Origin: Promethearchaeota archaeon
GTDB taxonomy: Archaea; Asgardarchaeota; Lokiarchaeia; Sigyniarchaeales; SOKP01
Assembly: GCA_016930515.1 (NCBI GenBank)
Contig: JAFGGO010000097.1
Location: 1 to 12,880, forward strand
Length of the DNA stretch: 12,880 bases
Direction of reading: 5' to 3'
Shown here: positions 7,163 to 12,880 of the stretch, in pieces
How positions within the stretch are numbered: position 1 is the first letter of the stretch
Layout: the number at the start of each line of letters is the position of its first letter
The notes under the pieces: model-generated
Told to the model about the DNA's origin: nothing
The model's database searches: none
Seen by the model: only the letters and a program-made list of their open reading frames with translations
Position numbers and translations under genes: made by a program

Positions 7163-9439
7163 TTAAAACACTTTAAGGTCGCTTTCCTTCCATTGATCGT
7201 ATTGCTCGAAGATTTGGTCGATTTTTTTCAGTACTTCTTGGATCGATTTTTTCGTCTTGTTGTCCTTGCCGAATGTGTCTTCCATTACTTTGTATAGGTT
7301 TACTTGGTATTCAAGCGTGAGGTCCGATATTTTCATCAAGTCTTCCTTTTGAATACCTTTTTCGCTGAGTTGGATGATGACTTTTTCAATCCCTTCCTTG
7401 AGTCTAACCGTTGCGTTTAATGCGTTCTTACTTTTCTCGTAAAGCGAGTGTTCTTTTTCGAACATCTTATGTTCCTCTTTGGCTAACTTGATTTTTTCAA
7501 CATCTTCGACCCTTTCTTTAAGCAAGTGCTTGACACGATGGTAAATAATGATTGCTTCGTTTATTTTTCCCATGCTATTGATGAGATCACGTTTTCTTAA
7601 CAATTTCGCCTCAACAATCTTGATGTAAGCGTCTTCGTAGTACATCTGAAGCTCGCCGAAAGTGCTTTTTCCCCACACGCTTATTTTTTCACCTATGTGT
7701 TCTAATAAATCTTTTTGTTTTTGAATCTCTTCGTCGGAAAGCTTCTCTTTATTCAGATCTTTGTAAATTTTTTTCGCTTCGTTTCGAACCTGCTCGACGC
7801 GATGTATCATGCCATTCGCTTTTTTTTCGATATTCGTAATGCTCCTGCTGCCACCTTCGCTCGCGCAAAATTTGAAACTTTTTAGGGCTTCTTCTAACAA
7901 GGAAAAGAATTTCTTCTCGTTTAAGGTTATGTAATATTTGGAATCTTGGACTTTCTGTGTTGCCTTGTCCATTTCGATTTCCAACTCGAAAATATGGTCT
8001 ATTAGCGTGATTTGGCCCCGTTCAGAAAGGATCTTGGATTTTGCGTCCATCTCGTCGGAAACTCTCTTGCTCGCTCGATACCAAAATAAGCCCGCTGGTA
8101 TCCAGAATAATATAGAAAAGACCATCATGTTGAACATGCCCCCGAGAAATCCTATTAACCAAGACGAAAATAAGAGCGTTAACCCCTTGCTCATTTGTTC
8201 CGATAAATTTATCATGGACGCTGCCGTGCCCCTATGTTCGGGTAAATTAACGTCCGCCATAACGGCATTTTTGTTAGCAGCGGGACCAGCGGTCAACACG
8301 GAGGCAATCAAGGCAAACGAAAACGTAACATAATAAGAGGGATACACTGTGAAAATAGCGATAATGGTTTCTAGCATGTACTTACCTACTTCCTCGTTGG
8401 ATATTTGAGCCGGGTAATTAATACCAAGCTTGCTCGAATCAACTACCGTGATCGAGAAGAACAAGAGGAGCGCAAATGGAATTACGAGCACTAGGCAGAC
8501 AAAACCAAGGCGAGCCCGATTCACCTTGTTTTTCTTGAACAAGTAATCGCCCAAGGCAGAGAATATCAAGTTCCCTAAAATATATCCCGCAGCAATTAAA
8601 CCCGCAAAAATAGTGGCAGTTTGAAGCCGGATCTTATCAGGGATGTCGAAAAAATAATATTCTCTCAATAGGGTGGTTAAAAAGAAGGTCAAGACCGTTC
8701 CAGGAACTAAGGTGAAAAATCCCTGCAGGACCAAGTTGCGATTAGTTTTTTTCTTCGTGATGGCAACAAAATCGTCCTTAGAAATCTTGTAAGAATATTC
8801 CAAGTTGTAATGTGTTAATTCAATGAGTTCCCCTTCCGTTTCGCCCCGTTTTGGCATTTTCACGAATATCATTAAAAAAATAACTATACAACTCACAATC
8901 GATAGCAGTAAAAATGGAAAGCGCCAGCTCGTGATTGGGCCTAAAAAAGAGGATAAGGCTTGACCGCTGGCGTTAGATATACCGCTAACGATTGCGATGG
9001 TTCCAAACCATCCCGATCGCTCGTCAGGGGGTATGGCGTCGGATATGATCGAATACCCGATTGGAAGCACGCATCCCAAACCCGCTCCGCTCAAGGCTCG
9101 GGACCAGACGAGCGTCGTGTAATTTCCGCTAAAAAACGTGAAAAACATTCCAAAAGTCCAGGAAAAAGCTCCAGCCATGAGGACCTTGATTCTATCGACT
9201 TTATCGGCAAAATATCCCCAAAAAATGGCGAATCCTGCACTAATCAACACGAAAAATGCGTCTGGGATTGCAAACCATTCTGCTGTTACACCGAACTCTG
9301 CTCCCATTATGGCATAACTCGGAATGAGCATGCTCTGGCAGGCCACTGAAATGAACAACAAGACTAAAATTAAGACGATTGGAAGAATGTCTTTTTTTTT
9401 AATATTCGTGAGTGGCATAGATCTATATGAAATTGGCAT
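7163..9439 (-). CDS. MFS transporter with a ~300-aa C-terminal soluble helical extension
   Basis: About 12 hydrophobic segments in the first ~453 aa, with motif A (GYFADKVDRIKV), RALSGAGLG, ISDAIPPDERS, LGDYLFKK and PEHRGTA. A K/E-rich helical tail follows. Confidence 0.9.
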   Translation of the reverse strand: MPISYRSMPLTNIKKKDILPIVLILVLLFISVACQSMLIPSYAIMGAEFGVTAEWFAIPDAFFVLISAGFAIFWGYFADKVDRIKVLMAGAFSWTFGMFFTFFSGNYTTLVWSRALSGAGLGCVLPIGYSIISDAIPPDERSGWFGTIAIVSGISNASGQALSSFLGPITSWRFPFLLLSIVSCIVIFLMIFVKMPKRGETEGELIELTHYNLEYSYKISKDDFVAITKKKTNRNLVLQGFFTLVPGTVLTFFLTTLLREYYFFDIPDKIRLQTATIFAGLIAAGYILGNLIFSALGDYLFKKNKVNRARLGFVCLVLVIPFALLLFFSITVVDSSKLGINYPAQISNEEVGKYMLETIIAIFTVYPSYYVTFSFALIASVLTAGPAANKNAVMADVNLPEHRGTAASMINLSEQMSKGLTLLFSSWLIGFLGGMFNMMVFSILFWIPAGLFWYRASKRVSDEMDAKSKILSERGQITLIDHIFELEIEMDKATQKVQDSKYYITLNEKKFFSLLEEALKSFKFCASEGGSRSITNIEKKANGMIHRVEQVRNEAKKIYKDLNKEKLSDEEIQKQKDLLEHIGEKISVWGKSTFGELQMYYEDAYIKIVEAKLLRKRDLINSMGKINEAIIIYHRVKHLLKERVEDVEKIKLAKEEHKMFEKEHSLYEKSKNALNATVRLKEGIEKVIIQLSEKGIQKEDLMKISDLTLEYQVNLYKVMEDTFGKDNKTKKSIQEVLKKIDQIFEQYDQWKESDLKVF

Positions 9440-9628
9440 TTCAAACTTTGCGATAATAATAATAACGAGCTCGATTTAAAAAAGGTTTTTAGGAACGAGT
9501 ATTTAAATAAAGAATTAAAATTGAAGGAAAAATAATTAGGACTAGATAGGTTTTGAAATTAATATTCTATATAGGTAATTACATGTTAAATTTGCAGAAA
9601 ACTTATAAAACTTTTCACTGTTTTCAAT

Positions 9629-10585
9629 ATGATAATTCATCGATATAGGAACTTAAACTTAAAAAACAATTCAAGAATTGGATTATACATAATAAAAATG
9701 TTAAAATATCCCTTAAATGAAATTATTAGCAAGTATATAGCAAAGTTTAACGAAGAAATTATACATTTGAATAAAATTTACACTTTTGAGCTTAAATTGC
9801 CTTATTCCATTAGTTCTCATCCGAAATTAACAATACGAATGGGTCGAATGATTGGGTGTGCAATGGATAAGAAAAACTCACTTTTAATAATCTCTCCAGA
9901 GGCACACGATAAAGAATTTCTCGAGGTAGTTATCGTTCGAGAAATCTTGGTTATTCTTTTATCTGAGCTAATAATCTTGAATCAAAAAATTGAAGATTTT
10001 ATCGTATTTTGGTATGATTTGGCTCTCTTGCTCGCAAATTTTTACTTAGGGAATAGGTTTAACGCTTTTATTAGGAAGATACTTGAAAGTTCGACAATTA
10101 GCTTCCTAAATTTCCAAGATGGCACCAAATTTTATTGTTCAGAAAAAATAGTTGCAGTTTTAAGCGATTTTTTAAGAATCCTTTCCTCCGAAGAAATAGA
10201 AATCTTGATTTTAAATGTATTTAATATATTAAAAATTTTAAAAAAATACAATATAAGACTTTCAATTCGAGAATTTACAATTGCGTGCGATGCTTTAATC
10301 GATATATTTTCAAGTAAGAATTTATATGAATACCTCAAATCTCTCGAAGAGGTAAAGAATTTAGAATTTATTAAAAATATCTTTGAAAAAGCTCTCGAGA
10401 TTGATCGATCGTCTGTAAAAGACGAGTTCTTGTCATTATGTTTTAAAATATTAACTAAGACTCCAGAAAAAGAAAAATACTTGAGCTTTTTAAAGGAGAA
10501 TCTGAGTGAATATTTGAAAGATGAGATCATTAAAAAAGAAATTGTTAATCTAAAAATTTTAACTTGCGATGTATTAACGCATTAA
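9629..10585 (+). CDS. Hypothetical protein
   Basis: 318-aa ORF in AT-rich DNA, preceded by BRE/TATA-like GAAAACTTATAAAA (9597-9610). No family recognised. An alternative start is ATG 9698. Confidence 0.7.
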   Translation: MIIHRYRNLNLKNNSRIGLYIIKMLKYPLNEIISKYIAKFNEEIIHLNKIYTFELKLPYSISSHPKLTIRMGRMIGCAMDKKNSLLIISPEAHDKEFLEVVIVREILVILLSELIILNQKIEDFIVFWYDLALLLANFYLGNRFNAFIRKILESSTISFLNFQDGTKFYCSEKIVAVLSDFLRILSSEEIEILILNVFNILKILKKYNIRLSIREFTIACDALIDIFSSKNLYEYLKSLEEVKNLEFIKNIFEKALEIDRSSVKDEFLSLCFKILTKTPEKEKYLSFLKENLSEYLKDEIIKKEIVNLKILTCDVLTH

Positions 10586-10744
10586 TACTCTTCGTCTTTC
10601 GTGGGGTTTAATACATAGTAATCAATTTTCCTCGTGAATTATAATCCTTCGACGCATATCTATTGAATATATAAAATTGGTCCTTGTGAATTTATAAACT
10701 AGCTATTCGATCCTATAATTAACCATAATCAATCAAAAATTCAG

Positions 10745-11311
10745 GTGTATAAAACGAAAAAAAAACAAAATTATTACGCAATGCTTCTTATCGGTTTAAT
10801 GGGTGCCTTTGCTTTTTTTTGCTGTTTACCTTCTGCAAGATGCGCGACCGTGGGGGGACAAGTGACAATGGGTCCTGGAGAAGAGCGTGCTGAGCGACTT
10901 ACTCCAAAAATTAATGTGAAATGGTCGTTTTCGAGCTCAAATCCAAATGTTAATATTACCTTAGTGAGGTACACCGAGTCGTGCTACGAACTTGATGGGT
11001 GGTATTCACCGATTTGCGAGGATAGAAATAACGGATCGGGCACTTGGAATGTTCCTACCATGTGGTCAGAATGTTACGCAACAGAAGAAGAAAAAGAACA
11101 AGCATCATCGTCAAGCGAATTGCCTCCGTTTTACTTTGTATTTAAAAATACGAATAATGAAGAGAGCACTATCCTCACATATGATTTAAAAATAGACGAA
11201 GAATTACCATTTCCAGCCGTTCCAGGGTTTTATGGATGCATCGCTATCCTGATTAGTTCCTTAGCGATTTGTTCAATAATAGTGGCGAGGAAAATCAAAA
11301 AAATTCATTAA
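10745..11311 (+). CDS. Secreted/surface protein with signal peptide and PGF-CTERM/Loki-CTERM-like sorting signal
   Basis: GTG start, basic N-region, hydrophobic stretch and SARC-A cleavage-like site, then a beta-rich body. The C-terminus is VPGF, a hydrophobic helix and RKIKK. Confidence 0.75.
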   Translation: MYKTKKKQNYYAMLLIGLMGAFAFFCCLPSARCATVGGQVTMGPGEERAERLTPKINVKWSFSSSNPNVNITLVRYTESCYELDGWYSPICEDRNNGSGTWNVPTMWSECYATEEEKEQASSSSELPPFYFVFKNTNNEESTILTYDLKIDEELPFPAVPGFYGCIAILISSLAICSIIVARKIKKIH

Positions 11312-11537
11312 AATCTTTTTTTTCTTAATATCAATATTATTATCAAAGAAAAATTCTGTTTAAAATAATATTCAATTAAATTCCTAAATAATCATCATGA
11401 AATGATAAGTTATAATGCAATTCCATCTTTAAATTTCAAAAATAGATAAGAAATTGTCCAAATCTAATTTACTTGACCGCCATATTAAGTTTTCAATTAC
11501 CGATTCATAATTAAAATTATTTTCTATTTTCTTAAGG

Positions 11538-11618
11538 TTCGTGAAACATAAATTTCACGAATGGAGATATGTTGCTCTGTATTATCCTAATATGTATCTC
11601 CATATTATCCTATAGGAT
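11538..11618. promoter_or_regulatory. Cluster of inverted/direct repeats upstream of the SDR gene (candidate operator sites)
   Basis: TTCGTGAAA-N6-TTTCACGAA (11538-11561); ATGGAGATA...TATCTCCAT (11561-11603); TATTATCCTA twice (11580, 11603); palindrome ATCCTATAGGAT (11607-11618). Confidence 0.5.
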
Positions 11619-11748
11619 TGAAAATGTGTTATATTGGTTATAAATAAATATTATTTATTAATAAATATGGGTTATATTAGATTAATTGAAATCTAAAGAT
11701 AGATCAACATTCTTCAAACCTTATCAGATATTTTGGTGAAATTAATAA

Positions 11749-12585
11749 TTGAAGGAATTTAAAGATAGAGTTGCCGTGATTACGGGGGGTGCTAATGGTA
11801 TAGGGCGAGGGCTTGCCTTAAAATGTTGTAAAGAAGGCATGAAAGTCGTAGTGGCGGATATTGACGCAGAAATGTTAAAAAAAACGGAAAATGATCTGAG
11901 AAAAAGCAGTGGAACCTTATTAGCTGTTAAAGCAGATGTTTCAAAATACAACGATATTGAAAACCTTAAAGAAAAAACTCTTGATGCTTTTGGGGGCGTT
12001 CACTTGCTTTTTAATAATGCAGGTGTTACTGCTACAAATTACTTATGGGAGCACACGCTAGAAGATTGGGCGTGGATAATGGGTGTCAACTTATGGGGTG
12101 TAATTCACGGAATAAAAGCTTTTGTACCCATAATGATAAAACAGGATGTGGAATGCCATATCGTAAATACTTCCTCTTTAGGGGGATTGATACAGGGGCA
12201 TGGTATCTACGGAATCACAAAGCATGCCATTGTGGCGCTTTCCGAGAGCCTTGGAATGGAATTAGAAATGTCTAATCGAAAAATAAATGTATCGGTGCTG
12301 TGTCCTAGCTTCGTTAACACTGACATTCTCGATTCGGAACGACATAGACCACCTGATCTATTAAATGATTCTGATAAAGTTAAAAATCATCCCGAACTTT
12401 TAAACAAGGGATTTGCAAAAATGGAACTTGAATCTGGAAGAACACCTCAAGAAGTAGCGGAAATGGTCTTTCAAAGCATTATTGATGAAAGATTTTACAT
12501 TTTAACTGATACTAATTTAAGAACCGCCGTTAGAGAACGGATGGAAAATATCCTAAAAGCGTTTTATGACTTTAAAGAAATTTAA
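11749..12585 (+). CDS. Classical short-chain dehydrogenase/reductase
   Basis: TGGANGIG, NNAG, catalytic Ser (NTSS) and YGITK motifs. TTG start preceded by GGTGA at 11735-11739. Confidence 0.93.
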   Translation: MKEFKDRVAVITGGANGIGRGLALKCCKEGMKVVVADIDAEMLKKTENDLRKSSGTLLAVKADVSKYNDIENLKEKTLDAFGGVHLLFNNAGVTATNYLWEHTLEDWAWIMGVNLWGVIHGIKAFVPIMIKQDVECHIVNTSSLGGLIQGHGIYGITKHAIVALSESLGMELEMSNRKINVSVLCPSFVNTDILDSERHRPPDLLNDSDKVKNHPELLNKGFAKMELESGRTPQEVAEMVFQSIIDERFYILTDTNLRTAVRERMENILKAFYDFKEI

Positions 12586-12834
12586 ACATTTGATTACAGG
12601 TATACGATTGCGTTTTGGGAAATGATGTTATTTAACGCAGATTATACTGAAGGCATATATACTGGATTAACTGCTGATCTTGATGGAAATGGATTAATTT
12701 CGATGAAAGAAGCGTTTGATTACGCGAATTATAACAATGATTTTTCTATAAAGAATTTTCCATCGATCCTATCTATGGACAATTCTCAGTACTACGAGAC
12801 TACTCCAGGATTAGGCGCTCGAACCTATCTTTAA
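12586..12834 (+). pseudogene. Orphan C-terminal fragment resembling the end of caspase-like/C13 peptidase domains
   Basis: YTIAFWEMM...ADLDGNGLISMKEAFDYA fits the F/YT-x-x-F...AD-x-D-x-N/DG-x-IS-x-x-EAF-x-YA (EF-hand-like) pattern of clan CD peptidase C-termini. No catalytic His/Cys region is present. A T-tract follows. Confidence 0.5.
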
Positions 12835-12840
12835 CTCCTA

Positions 12841-12860
12841 TTTTTTTTATTTCTTTTTTT
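12841..12860 (+). terminator. Oligo-T terminator candidate
   Basis: TTTTTTTTATTTCTTTTTTT follows the stop at 12834. Confidence 0.45.
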
Positions 12861-12880
12861 ACTAAAACGAATGTCATTTC

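Noticed and set aside
4090-12275. Overlapping or antisense ORFs within fadH, the transposase, MFS, the hypothetical protein, the surface protein and the SDR (e.g. 5303..5761, 7938..8333, 8960..9349, 10132..10530)
   Set aside because: Shadow ORFs of real genes, with no recognisable motifs.

Overview
AT-rich archaeal window, most likely Asgard/Lokiarchaeia (inferred from GGTGA ribosome-binding sites, BRE/TATA-like promoters, poly-T terminators, a Loki-style LRR protein and a C-terminal VPGF-TM-basic sorting signal). The right part holds an intact fadH-like 2,4-dienoyl-CoA reductase, an internally deleted ISH3/IS4-type element, an MFS transporter with a ~300-aa soluble tail, a hypothetical protein, a surface protein, an SDR and an orphan peptidase-like C-terminal fragment. 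The most unusual region is ~1020-4160, upstream of fadH. It contains several diverged direct copies of the fadH upstream region and first codons, with the start changed to ACG. Toxin-antitoxin modules in different states of decay lie between these copies: an orphan antitoxin remnant, an antitoxin plus a doubly inactivated PIN toxin, and an intact DUF6516/TumE-like pair. This looks like a cassette-accretion hotspot at the fadH 5' end, but no integrase is visible in the window. All alignments were done by eye and no database searches were run.
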